A stretch of DNA of 64,000 bases. Source: Chloroflexota bacterium. GTDB taxonomy: Bacteria; Chloroflexota; Dehalococcoidia; UBA2979. Location of the stretch: NCBI GenBank assembly GCA_027593235.1, contig JAQCIU010000015.1, positions 8,847 to 72,846 on the forward strand, read 5' to 3'. Shown piece after piece: positions 44,688 to 54,579 of the stretch. The notes beneath the pieces are model-generated. The model did no database searches and was not told the DNA's origin. It was given only the letters and a program-made list of their open reading frames with translations. A program made the position numbers and the translations under genes. Positions within the stretch are counted from its first letter, which is position 1, and every line of letters begins with the position of its first letter.

Positions 44688-45455
44688 ATGCCGGACGATC
44701 CTATCGCGAGTGCGCGGGCAGACCGGCTGGAAGCAGACCTGCGGTTGGTGGCGACGGCTGGCCGGGCGGAACGCGAGCGCGCCTATCTGAAAAGCGACCT
44801 GGAGTTCATCGGGGTACGGGTCCCGGACCTGCGGCGGACGGTGAAGGCCCACCTCGACGGGATCGAAGACCTCGATCACGACGCGCTGATCGCGCTGATC
44901 GAGGCACTGTGGGACAGCGGCATCTACGAGCGCCGGGCGGCGGCGGCGATTGCGCTCGAAGGGCGGCCGCGGCTCTTGAGCGGCACGGACCTGCCGCTGC
45001 TCGAGCGGCTGTTGCGGGAGTCGAAGACATGGGCGCTGGTGGACGGGCTTGCCGTTCATGTGGTCGGGCGACTCCGCGAACGGGATGCCGGCGTTCGCGC
45101 GGAGTTGGACCGCTGGGCCGTCGACCCGGACTTCTGGATCCGGCGGTCGGCGTTGCTTGCTCACCTGCTCGCGCTTCGTCGCGGTGAGGGCGATTTCGAC
45201 ACCTTCGGGCGGTACGCCGACGGGATGTTGGAGGAGCGGGAGTTCTTTATCCGCAAAGCGATCGGCTGGGTGCTGCGGGAGACGGCGCGGAAGCGCCCCG
45301 GCCTGGTGATCGACTGGATTGCGCCCCGAACGGCGCGAGCCTCGGGCGTGACGATGCGCGAGGTGGTCCGACATCTACCGACGACGGATGCCGAGCGGTT
45401 GATGGAGGGGTACCGGGGTGGGCGTGCGGCGGCGGGGAGCGCTGCCGAGGGCTGA
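44688..45455 (+). CDS. AlkD-like DNA alkylation repair protein
   Basis: YLKS...F.GVRVP, WALVD, FWIRR, EFFIRKAIGWVLRE. Confidence 0.9.
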   Translation: MPDDPIASARADRLEADLRLVATAGRAERERAYLKSDLEFIGVRVPDLRRTVKAHLDGIEDLDHDALIALIEALWDSGIYERRAAAAIALEGRPRLLSGTDLPLLERLLRESKTWALVDGLAVHVVGRLRERDAGVRAELDRWAVDPDFWIRRSALLAHLLALRRGEGDFDTFGRYADGMLEEREFFIRKAIGWVLRETARKRPGLVIDWIAPRTARASGVTMREVVRHLPTTDAERLMEGYRGGRAAAGSAAEG

Positions 45456-45462
45456 GGCGGAG

Positions 45463-45675
45463 TTAGACGGCCTGCGTTGTCGGATCGATCATGCGCTGGA
45501 CGATGTCGGCGACCTCGTAGCCGCATGGGCGACAGAGGGTATGGAACTGCGCGGAGCCGGTCGATTTCATGCGCGGCAGCCCATCGGTCAGGCGCACGAG
45601 TTCACCGTGCTGGAGTTGCACGATCGTGGCCTCACTTGAGACACGACGCTGACAGCGATCGCAAATTCCCCACAT
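45463..45675 (-). CDS. 70-aa Zn-ribbon microprotein
   Basis: CDRC...LCRPC; GAAGGA RBS. Confidence 0.7.
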   Translation of the reverse strand: MWGICDRCQRRVSSEATIVQLQHGELVRLTDGLPRMKSTGSAQFHTLCRPCGYEVADIVQRMIDPTTQAV

Positions 45676-45734
45676 GGGTTCCGTCCTTCACATCAGTTGT
45701 CGGCGGTCCGTGGCCCGCTCGCCAGTCCTGACGG

Positions 45735-45784
45735 AATCACCGCACGGTCACCTGACGATCACCTGCCATTCACAGCACCTCAAG
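45735..45784 (+). promoter_or_regulatory. Array of 11-bp direct repeats (PHO-box/OmpR-type operator)
   Basis: TCAC at 45737, 45748, 45759, 45770: AATCACCGCAC GGTCACCTGAC GATCACCTGCC ATTCACAGCAC. Confidence 0.6.
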
Positions 45785-45899
45785 CCGGGGGGAATCCCTA
45801 GGTCGGGCCGGTCAGCCGGTCACAGATGTTATTGACGTCACAGGGGATTCCCCATGCGACAGCCGCACCCCACCCGATCCGAGCCGAGGCGAGGACTTA

Positions 45900-46487
45900 G
45901 TGTCGAATCCGTTTCCGTCAGCCATCCGTCAGCTTGATTGGCTCTTCCTGGACGCCCATGCAGCGCGAGCCGCGTTGGACGGCTTGCCACCTGACGCGCC
46001 GGTCTTGCTGGTGACGCTGGAGTCGCTGGAACGGCCAGACGGGCGCGTGGGAGCGGAGTGGGAGGCGGCACTGGCGAAGTCGCTGCTGTCGCGGTTGCAG
46101 CCAGCCGCCGCGCCGAGCGTGTTGCGCGGGCCGGCCGGGCTTGAGCTGAACTCATCGGCACGGTTGGCGTTCTGCGCCGGTCGCGAGATGCATTTGACCT
46201 CGACGGAATTCCCGCTGCTCCAGGAACTGCTGGTCCGAGATGGCGCGGTGGTGAGTGTCGACGGTCTGTCGCGGGCGATCTGGGGTCACGAGACGCTGGG
46301 TGCGCCGAATTACGTGGAAGCGCACATTTCGCGACTGCGTCGGAAGCTCCGCGATCTGGGAGCGAGCCGCGTCATCGAGACGGTGCGCGGCGCCGGCTAT
46401 CGCATCCGGCAGGTGGCGACGATGCCTCCGACGTATCGCGAAGAGACACAACCGGGATCGACTTACGATCAGCGGCGCGCTGCCTAG
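45900..46487 (+). CDS. OmpR/PhoB-type winged-helix DNA-binding protein lacking a receiver domain
   Basis: LT.TEF.LL..L....G.VVS...L...IWG, N.VEAHISRLRRKL, IETVRGAGY. Confidence 0.85.
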   Translation: MSNPFPSAIRQLDWLFLDAHAARAALDGLPPDAPVLLVTLESLERPDGRVGAEWEAALAKSLLSRLQPAAAPSVLRGPAGLELNSSARLAFCAGREMHLTSTEFPLLQELLVRDGAVVSVDGLSRAIWGHETLGAPNYVEAHISRLRRKLRDLGASRVIETVRGAGYRIRQVATMPPTYREETQPGSTYDQRRAA

Positions 46488-46553
46488 GCAGCCACACAGG
46501 AGGCGGCGTGGGGCCTCGGTGGGTGAGCGCTGGAGATAAGCACTGACACCGGA

Positions 46554-47636
46554 TCAGACGTGATCCGAATCGCCGAACGCCACGTGTAGGCGAGCGGTCG
46601 GGTCCGTGCTCAAGAAGTCCAGCAGACTGTCGTTTCGAGGCCGGTGTCCCATGTTCGGGACGGTCATCGAGGGGGCGAAGCCAACGCGTTCCAGCGTCTT
46701 GCGGTACGGGTGAACGCGGGGCAGCAGGATTGACACCTCGCTGGCCTTCTCCAGCCTCGCTGTCGACACGGCGTCCTCGACGAGCGCGTTGAGTGCGGAG
46801 TGCGCTCCGTCGGCAACGAAGAGGTCGATGACCGTCATGGCGCGACCCGGAGCCGATAACACCGAGTAGCCGACCAGTTCCTCGGCTTGTTCGACGGTAC
46901 GGACTCGAAACGAGCCCGCTCTCGGATCGCGATACCGCCAGTTCAGGTATCGGGCGTCTCGCACGACGCAGTAGTCGAACGCGGTGCGTCCGCGTTCCCA
47001 GAGGGTGTCTGCGCGCGCATCGAATTCGTCGACGCTGCTGACCAGCACACCGTTCGTCGGGGCGCTCGCTCGTTGCGGCGTCAGCAGGGACCGCGCGGCG
47101 CGAGCGAGCGAGGCAGTCGAGGGCCGTGCGAACGCTCGACGGGCGATGGCACTCGGTGAGAGGGGGCGAGACAGCACCTCGACGGTGTTGGCGACGCGCA
47201 TCCGCTCGGAACCGAGTCCTGAGGACTGGTTCAGGCGCGGATTGTTTGAGCCCTCCTCCAGCGAGACGGGCTGCTCGACATCTGCCCAGCGGGCGAGGAA
47301 GTGGCGCAGGTGCAGCTTCGAGAGGCCACGCCCCTGGAAATCGGGGTGCACCGCCGAGTCGACCATGATGCAGCCCGCTCGCCGCGAGCCTTGCACCCAG
47401 ACATCGCGGCCAATCGACCCGTCATAGGCAACGATGCGCCCGTCGAGCTCCAGCACCGTGGTGGCTCCGGGAACCACGCCCGGAGAGCCAAGTCTCCAGC
47501 GGAGGTGATCGAGTGCTGGGACCGGGATCGGGAAGGCGGGCCAGTTGCCCTCGAACGCGACATCGAGGAGTGCAGCGACCGCGGCCTCGTCGCGCTGTTC
47601 GATCGAGCGGAACAGCGGTTCTTCGGGGACCAGCAC
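46554..47636 (-). CDS. Two-domain GNAT-family acetyltransferase
   Basis: DSAVHPDFQGRGL, VRDARYLNWRY..P, GDSD C-terminus; GTG start estimated. Confidence 0.8.
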   Translation of the reverse strand: MLVPEEPLFRSIEQRDEAAVAALLDVAFEGNWPAFPIPVPALDHLRWRLGSPGVVPGATTVLELDGRIVAYDGSIGRDVWVQGSRRAGCIMVDSAVHPDFQGRGLSKLHLRHFLARWADVEQPVSLEEGSNNPRLNQSSGLGSERMRVANTVEVLSRPLSPSAIARRAFARPSTASLARAARSLLTPQRASAPTNGVLVSSVDEFDARADTLWERGRTAFDYCVVRDARYLNWRYRDPRAGSFRVRTVEQAEELVGYSVLSAPGRAMTVIDLFVADGAHSALNALVEDAVSTARLEKASEVSILLPRVHPYRKTLERVGFAPSMTVPNMGHRPRNDSLLDFLSTDPTARLHVAFGDSDHV

Positions 47637-47903
47637 GGGTACCGCCTTCGCTGTCACTGTTCGTGGCGCGGTCGTGGCCGGACAGCTGGTCCACGCTCCG
47701 AGCAGCGTCTCACGCGATCGAGGCCGACGGGATGTCGCTGAGGTGCCAGAAGACTGAGCGTGAGCGAACGACGGCCCAACCGGCTCAAGACGCGTGGCGA
47801 GGGGAAGCTGCGTGCTGGACGGATGCTCGTCCGACCGACTCGCGACTGTGTCTGCGTCTCTGCGCGGGTCGTTGTGCGGGTCTGCGGGTGGCCGGGCTGG
47901 AAA

Positions 47904-47924
47904 TGGTCGGGGAGGCCGGAGTCG
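47904..47924 (-). other. tRNA(Pro)-like 3' fragment, probable att site
   Basis: - strand CGACT-CCGGC-CTCCCCG-ACCA = partial T-loop, 3' T-stem, acceptor strand and CCA; 5' part of tRNA absent. Confidence 0.65.
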
Positions 47925-48289
47925 CCCCGACAATCGCGACCACCCGTGGAGCCCGTGGGAAGTCACAATCGGTGGCGTTGATCGAGCTGTCGCATGACGG
48001 CCCACACCCGGTCTGCGCGTCACGCTGCGACTGGTCGCGCGCTGAGTCGCACCTCGTGCACCGCATCGAGATCACATGACGAGGCAGCGGACGACCGAGG
48101 TTCAGCACCGCGGCACCGCGGAATGCGCAGTGCAGGGCAGTGCAGGGGAGCTGGGGGAACGGTGGAGTCTTCTTGTGAGCGCGGCAGTGCTCGATTTTCG
48201 TGGACGGAACACGGTACGCGGACCGACCACGGCCGGGAACGCCAGACGGCATCTTCCAGGTGCTGCGCGCTGTGACATACTCTTGCCCG

Positions 48290-50254
48290 ATGCAGCGTCA
48301 TTCAATCGAGAACGCGCTTGGCAAGCTCCGCCCGGGCGAGGCGCAGCTTGCGGCCGCCGCGCTGGACTGGATTGTTGGTGACGACCCGCAGACCGAGGTC
48401 ACACAAGGGCGGCTGCAGGAGTTCCTCTGGTTCGCCCTACCGGCGCAGGTCGACTCACCCGATGCAGCGGAGCTGTTGCGCGCTACCGCGCGTGCTCTGG
48501 CGCACGTGTTCGAAGAAGCGGGGCTGCAGCGCTACGCGATGATCTGTGGATCGACGGTCACTCGATCGGTGCACGATGCATACTTGCGCGACGCTGCGGA
48601 GGGTCAGGATGCAGGAGACGCTGCAGCGGAGGCCTCCGGTCTCAGCCCACCCGATGTAGATGGATTCTCCTGGGGCGACCCAATGGGCCCCGTGGAGTTC
48701 GAGGGCATGTCTGCGGCTGAGAGTGCGCTTGAAGCGGCGATCGTATCCGGTGATCTCGTGCCAGGACGACGTGGATGGCAGGGAGTCCAGCGCCAGATCG
48801 TCACTGCCACCCTTGACGAAGCGATTGTCGCGGTCGACGGCCCAAGTCGACGAACGCAAATCGGTCGGGAGCGTTCCGACGCATGGCAGAACACGACCGG
48901 AGGTCTGCTCGGAAGACTGCGCCACGGCGCCAGCATCGAACTCGATGGTGAGCTGGATCGGTCCGTGCTCCCGGAGGCGACGCTTGAGCCGCTGACATGG
49001 TTCTTGCGAGCGATCGGTGACGGCGTGCCACTCACAAAACAGGGGAATCTCGCGGTCGCATTCGTACGAAAGGCGACTGCGGAGCGTGGCTGGTATCAGT
49101 GGGGGAATCCGCGCAGTGAGATCGACGTCATCGAGCTCTCACTGCTCCACGACTTCACGAAGACGCTCCGAGCCGCGCGACACAGGTCAGGTCGAATCGT
49201 GCTCACTAAGCGTGGTCTCGCAATGGCAGCTGGAGGCCGCGCAGCTTTTCACCCCGTCGTCGACTGGGTGGCAGCAGGCGATGGGGCCGAGGAGTTGATC
49301 TTCGAAGTGCTGGTGATCCGGCTGCTCGAAGCCAGCATCTCAGAAACGACTCTGGCGGAAGAGGACCTCCACCGCGACATCGCGGTCGTCCTAGCCGAAT
49401 GTGGGTACCGCCTATCCGAACGAAACGACATCTCTCCTGACGAGGCCGCACTGCTGGTCATGCCCGCCCGACAGCTCATGGAAACGCTCGGTCTCTGTGT
49501 GCAACGCGGGCCTTGGGACGCGCGAGTCCTCGAGCTGACGGAGCCAGGCGTCGTGACGTCGCGCGCCATTCTGATGGCGCGGGCGAGTGGACCAGCGGCA
49601 ATGCAAGTACACGTACTCGAAGTCCCCGGGTCGCGACCACCAAGCAGCCCTTCGGCGCTAGGGGCAGTTCCTGATCGGGTGCTGGAGCTGCGGCTCTCCC
49701 TGCGCGATATCGAACCTCCGATCTGGCGCCGGTTGCTAGTGCAGTCGAGATCGACGATTGCCGATCTCCACTACCTGATTCAGGGTGCGATCGGTTGGTA
49801 TGACGTCCACCTCCACATGTTCGAGTGCGCGGACGGACGAGTGTTCGTTGCCAACCCGGATCCAGACTTCGAATTCGTAGGGTCCCAACCCGTGCTTGAT
49901 GGCAAGGGTGTACAACTCCGCGAGATCCTAGTCTCGCCTGCGGACCGCCTAGTGTATTCATACGATTTTGGCGACGGCTGGGAGCACGATGTCGTGCTGG
50001 AGGCGATCCATCCAGCAGCGGAGGAGGACAACGTTCCGCGGGTGACCGACGGCGCGCGTGCACATCCGCCCGAAGGTTGCGGCGGTCCATGGGGTTATCG
50101 CGACCTGCTCGAGGCGCTCGGAGATCCAGCGCACGAGCGCCACAACTTCCTAGTGGATCAGCTCGATGGATACGAAGCGGTCGGCTTCGATCCAGAGCGC
50201 TTCAGCCTTGAGGAGACCAACGCCACTCTGGACATACGCCAGAACGCAGACTGA
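48290..50254 (+). CDS. Plasmid pRiA4b ORF-3 family protein with long N-terminal region
   Basis: L.DIEPPIWRRL.V, LH..IQ...GW...HLH.F, YDFGDGWEH, PPEGCGGPWGY. Confidence 0.88.
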   Translation: MQRHSIENALGKLRPGEAQLAAAALDWIVGDDPQTEVTQGRLQEFLWFALPAQVDSPDAAELLRATARALAHVFEEAGLQRYAMICGSTVTRSVHDAYLRDAAEGQDAGDAAAEASGLSPPDVDGFSWGDPMGPVEFEGMSAAESALEAAIVSGDLVPGRRGWQGVQRQIVTATLDEAIVAVDGPSRRTQIGRERSDAWQNTTGGLLGRLRHGASIELDGELDRSVLPEATLEPLTWFLRAIGDGVPLTKQGNLAVAFVRKATAERGWYQWGNPRSEIDVIELSLLHDFTKTLRAARHRSGRIVLTKRGLAMAAGGRAAFHPVVDWVAAGDGAEELIFEVLVIRLLEASISETTLAEEDLHRDIAVVLAECGYRLSERNDISPDEAALLVMPARQLMETLGLCVQRGPWDARVLELTEPGVVTSRAILMARASGPAAMQVHVLEVPGSRPPSSPSALGAVPDRVLELRLSLRDIEPPIWRRLLVQSRSTIADLHYLIQGAIGWYDVHLHMFECADGRVFVANPDPDFEFVGSQPVLDGKGVQLREILVSPADRLVYSYDFGDGWEHDVVLEAIHPAAEEDNVPRVTDGARAHPPEGCGGPWGYRDLLEALGDPAHERHNFLVDQLDGYEAVGFDPERFSLEETNATLDIRQNAD

Positions 50255-50504
50255 CTGGTGTGTGGGCCCCGGGGGGGCATCTTTGGTCGCAGGTCAAGTC
50301 GCGATGGGTCGTGGGGTGGTAAAACCCGATCCGTCCCAAGATCACTAGCGGTGTCCGCGTAATCCTAGGCGGCCGGAGGGCCGTCGATGCGGATCTACAT
50401 ATGTCTCTTGTTTGGTCTCCCCGGTCGGGCGCTGCGCCGTGGGGCGCCAATATCCCATCCGCGCCTCAGGCGGCCCTCCGCCGAACCGCCGGGCCGTCCC
50501 GTGC

Positions 50505-50798
50505 ATGAGCCAGCGAGAGCGGGCTGAGATCTGGCGGCGGCACGGGAGTGGCGAGTCGCTGCGCTCGATCAGCCGTGGCACCAGGCGCGACATGGGCACG
50601 CTGCGGCGCCTGATCGCCTCGACCGGGGGACGCCAGCCACGGGAGCTGCGGCGGTCGACGCTGCGCCTGTCGCTGGCTGAGCGCGAAGAGATCTCGCGCG
50701 GCTCGTCGCCGGTGATTCGTGTCGGCAGATCGCGAGACGGCTCCGGCGGGCGCCATCGACGGTCGCTCGCGAGGTCACTCGCAACGGCGGTCGAGACC
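50505..50798 (+). mobile_element. IS30-family transposase remnant (frameshifted, truncated)
   Basis: GESLRSI, LSLAEREEISRG, then shifted LVAGDSCRQIARRLRRAPSTVAREV.RNGG. Confidence 0.8.
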
Positions 50799-51490
50799 TG
50801 TCGGGCCACAAAACCCGATCCGATCAAGCGGCCTCTCGTTCATAGCGATGATGGAGGCCGCCAAGAATGGGATGAGCGACGACACGGCCGTGAGCTTGCA
50901 CCGGGCGCGGACCGGCGGGGGGCTCTAGCTCGAGCGTTCGATGCGGCCGCGTGGCGTTGTAATAGTCGCCATATTCGCGGAGCACCGCGCGCAGGTGCTG
51001 CTCACTCAACGGAATGATGTGGTCGACGCATTCTCGGCGCAGGGTCCCGATCACCCGTTCGGCAACCGCGTTCGCCTGTGGCGCCCGCACGGGTGTGAGC
51101 ACGGTTTCGATGCCGATGCGTCGTGCTCGAGCGACGAAGTCACCGCCGTAGTTCCGGTCCCGGTCGCGAATCAGAAATCGCGGCCCTACTCCCCACGGCG
51201 TTGCCTCCATCAGCTGCCGCCACACCCAGTCGGCCGTGGGATGCCGCGTCCGGTTGAAGTGCTCGATACGGCGGCGGTCATGCGAGATGACGAAGAAGAC
51301 GTAGAGTGTGCTGAGCGTCAGGGTCGGCACGGTGAAGAAGTCCGCCACCCAGATCTCGTGACGATGGTTGTGGAGGAACTCACGCCAGCGTCGAGTCGGC
51401 GGACGGCGAAGTGCTCGCAGCCGATAGCGACGCACGGTCTCCGCGCTGATGTCGAAACCGAGCGTGCGCAGTTCGCCCTGGATTCGTACC
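50799..51490 (-). mobile_element. rve integrase-core IS transposase, 5'-truncated, with terminal IR
   Basis: ADFFTV, FLIRDRD, P.ANAVAERVIGTLRREC, YYN..RPH, LGGLHHRY; end TGTCGGGCCACAAAACCCGATCCG. Confidence 0.85.
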
Positions 51491-51549
51491 TGTGGGGTGC
51501 CATTATGCGGTCTGACTACCCCGGACGGGTTAATGGCACCCGTGGCTCC

Positions 51550-51790
51550 AACTTGCGCTGGCTCGAGGTCACGGATGAGCTGGTCGCAGAGCTGCGCGTG
51601 CTGTCTGGCTATGACGACGACCTTGCCGCCGACTGTGTGCGTCAGGCGAACCGTCTGCGTGACATGCTCACGAGCCTGCATCCGCCGCTCGAGGCGGTTC
51701 TGGGTCCACGCCTCGATCATCCGGCGGTTCGGGGACTGCTCGCGCGGTACCCGACTGCCGCTGCTCTGCGAGGTGCTGGTCGTGGCGCGG
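51550..51790 (+). mobile_element. IS110-family transposase fragment
   Basis: ELRVL.GYDDDLA....R.ANRLR..LT.LHP.LE.VLGPRLDHPAV..LL..YP. Confidence 0.75.
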
Positions 51791-51968
51791 GTCGAGGGAG
51801 TTCATCCGCGAAATACCTTTGGCATCGGGAGCCTCTGTTGCTGCTCCGTCACGGCCCTATTCGCTGGACCAAGCTCCCTACACAACTCCGCGACCGGCAC
51901 CGAGGCTTGGACAGCACAACACGCAGGTCTTCCAAGGCAACCTAAACCTCGATCGAAAGGGTTGAGCT

Positions 51969-53219
51969 GTGTCTGACCAGTACGGCGTGTCCGAAGAGGA
52001 CTCCGGCCGGGACCTTCCTCTATCGGGCATCACCGTGGCGGACTTTAGCTGGGTGCTGGCGGGGCCACGCGCCACTTCCTGGCTGGCAGCAATGGGCGCC
52101 CGGGTCATCAAGATCGAAGGTCCTCGGCGCCCCGATCAGTACCGCAACGTCCCGATCTTTGTACCTGGTCGCGAAGGTCCAGAAGGGTCAGCCGCCTTCC
52201 ACGGGCTGAATCACACGAAGTGGAGTTGTGCGATCGATTTCAACGACCCAAAAGGGTTGGAGCTGGTGAAGAAGATCGTCGCTGAGAGCGACGTCGTCGT
52301 GGAGAACTTCGCTCGTGGTGTGATGGAGCGCGTGGGTTTGAACTACGCCGAGCTGTGCAAGATCAAACCGGACATCATCATGGCATCCGGATCGGCAATG
52401 GGAAGTAGCGGTCCCGACAAGAACCACGTCGCTTACGGTACGTTGATCCATGCATTTGCCGGGATTAATTCTGTAACTGGCTATCAGGATAGTCCTCCGG
52501 GGAGTCTCGGTGGAACCTTCACCGATCCGCTGACCGGCACCTCGTTGGTATTCTTGGTCCTCGCTGCCCTCTGGAACAGGCGGCGAACCGGCACGGGAGA
52601 GAATATCGACCTTTCGATGGTCGAGACGAGTCTGATGCAACTCCCTGAGTTCGTGATGGACTACACGGCGAACGGCCGAGTGGCTGGCCCACAAGGCAAC
52701 GAGGACGGAACTGCGGCGCCGCATGACTGCTACCCGTGCATTGGAGAAGAAGCGTGGGTCGCGATTTCCGTACGCACCCAAGAGGAGTGGGAGGCGTTCT
52801 GCACCGTTCTGGACCGACCCGAGTTGATCCACGATCCGCGCTTTGCCGACGAGCTCAGCCGTTTCCAGAATCGCGAGACTCTGAATACGGAGGTGGCGGT
52901 ATGGACGAAAACCAGAACCGCGATCGACGTTGCTGAGACTCTGCAGGGAGTCGGTGTTGCCGCGGGGCCGTCGTATGCGGCGAGAGCGTTGTACGAGGAT
53001 CCACACTTCGGCGCTCGCGGCCTCTTTCAAGAGGTCGACCACCCGGTTGTCGGCCGCAAGCCTGTTGTCGGGCTGCCTTGGCGTCTCTTGCCGGGTCCCG
53101 GCTCACGGTACTGGGCGGCGCCTACCCTGGGGCAACACACGGACGTGGTCATGCGTGAGATCGTCGGACTGAGCGACGAAGAGATCGCCGTATTGAGGGC
53201 CGAACAAGTCATCGCATAA
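51969..53219 (+). CDS. Family III CoA-transferase (CaiB/BaiF)
   Basis: DFSWVLAGP, GARVIKIE, SDVVVENF, FTDP, APTLGQHT. Confidence 0.93.
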   Translation: MSDQYGVSEEDSGRDLPLSGITVADFSWVLAGPRATSWLAAMGARVIKIEGPRRPDQYRNVPIFVPGREGPEGSAAFHGLNHTKWSCAIDFNDPKGLELVKKIVAESDVVVENFARGVMERVGLNYAELCKIKPDIIMASGSAMGSSGPDKNHVAYGTLIHAFAGINSVTGYQDSPPGSLGGTFTDPLTGTSLVFLVLAALWNRRRTGTGENIDLSMVETSLMQLPEFVMDYTANGRVAGPQGNEDGTAAPHDCYPCIGEEAWVAISVRTQEEWEAFCTVLDRPELIHDPRFADELSRFQNRETLNTEVAVWTKTRTAIDVAETLQGVGVAAGPSYAARALYEDPHFGARGLFQEVDHPVVGRKPVVGLPWRLLPGPGSRYWAAPTLGQHTDVVMREIVGLSDEEIAVLRAEQVIA

Positions 53220-53393
53220 GTACCAAAGATGTATCCGTCACCAGCGCAAGCTAGCGGCCTCAGCATTCCGATAGCGGATCACCTAGGCTGCGAAGCGAAG
53301 CAGTCGCGGTCTCCGTATTACCCCTGGTTTCCGCGATCCGATTGAGTAAGCTCTTTTGTGGCTAGGCTCGAAGCAGGACCAGTGGAGGCGACG

Positions 53394-54185
53394 ATGGCAT
53401 ACGTCATATACGAGAAAATCGGCCACGTCGGGGTAATCACCCTGAACCGTCCGGAGCGGATGAGCGCCCTGGGGCGGGAGCTCGGTACCGCCCTGCGCGA
53501 GGCCGAAGCGGAGTTCGTCGCCGACGACGACGTCTGGATCGGGATCTACACAGGAGCCGGGGACCGCGCGTTCTGCGCGGGCCGCGACCTGAAGGAAGCG
53601 GCGGAATTCGATGCCTCCGGCGAGGGCATGGCCTCCGCCTCCGGCGGGAGCACGAGTCCGGTTAGCCGATTCGAGCTCATCGCGCCCGACCACGGCAAAC
53701 CGACGATTGCCGCAATTAACGGTGCCGCGTATGGCGGCGGTCTGGAGATGGCTCTCACCAACGATATCCGCATCGCTGCTCGGGGCGTGAGGATGGCCCT
53801 TGCCGAGGTAAAGGTAGGGCTCTGCCCTCGCGGGGGTTCGTTCAACCTGCCGAGACTCATCGGACTTTCGAACGCGATGTGGCTGCTGCTCAGCGGTGAG
53901 CCGGTCGACGCCGACGAGGCTTTACGGATCGGCCTCGTGACCCGTGTCGTGCCCCAAGAGGAGCTGATGCCGACCGCGATGGCGATGGCCGAGACGATTG
54001 CGAGAAATGCCCCACTCGCGGTGCGGGCGACCCGGAAGCTGGCACACCTCGGCCTGGAGATGCCGAAGGACTATGCGCAGCGCATGGGAGCGGCGCTTAT
54101 TGAGTCCGTGTGGACCTCTGAAGACTCGGTCGAAGGGGCGAAGGCGTTCGCCGAGAAGCGCGAGCCGCAGTGGCGCATGCGCTGA
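53394..54185 (+). CDS. Enoyl-CoA hydratase/isomerase
   Basis: ITLNRPE, AFCAG.DL, AAING.AYGGGLE, AEVKVG, AFAEKR.P. Confidence 0.93.
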   Translation: MAYVIYEKIGHVGVITLNRPERMSALGRELGTALREAEAEFVADDDVWIGIYTGAGDRAFCAGRDLKEAAEFDASGEGMASASGGSTSPVSRFELIAPDHGKPTIAAINGAAYGGGLEMALTNDIRIAARGVRMALAEVKVGLCPRGGSFNLPRLIGLSNAMWLLLSGEPVDADEALRIGLVTRVVPQEELMPTAMAMAETIARNAPLAVRATRKLAHLGLEMPKDYAQRMGAALIESVWTSEDSVEGAKAFAEKREPQWRMR

Positions 54186-54285
54186 TCGAGGACCGTCTTT
54201 CGCGCCCGGCCGGAGATGAGCAGCCGAAGGCCACACGGGGCTTCGGCTAAGCGCGCTCGTGCCTTGGCCTGCCCCGTCCCACGGG

Positions 54286-54579
54286 CACTGGAATCAGAAC
54301 GGCAGCGCCGACCGCTGGCGGGGCAAGGCGTACCTGCTGCGCGGCGATCTCGATGCGGCGGAACGCTGGCTCGAGGTGGGCGCGACGTCCTGCCGCGAGC
54401 GGGGCATCGAGCTCGAGGTGGGGCGCTGCCCGCAGGACCTCGCGAGCCTCGCCGAGGCGCGCGGTTAGCACGCGATCGCCCTCGAGCGGCTCGAGCAGGC
54501 GGGCGACATCTACTTCCGCCTCGGCGCCGGCGGCTACCTCACCGAGGTGATCGCGAAGAAGGGGGTTCTCAAGGCGTAG
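54286..54579 (+). pseudogene. C-terminal TPR fragment of a large ATPase/regulator-type protein with internal TAG
   Basis: RGDLDAAERWL...EARG*HAIALERLEQAGDIYFRLGAGGYLTEVIAKKGVLKA*; no N-terminus. Confidence 0.55.

Noticed and set aside
37607-54468. TAG recoding (pyrrolysine or alternative code) suggested by two in-frame TAGs
   Set aside because: Many intact genes here terminate at TAG, no pyl genes are seen, and the second case is in a decayed fragment
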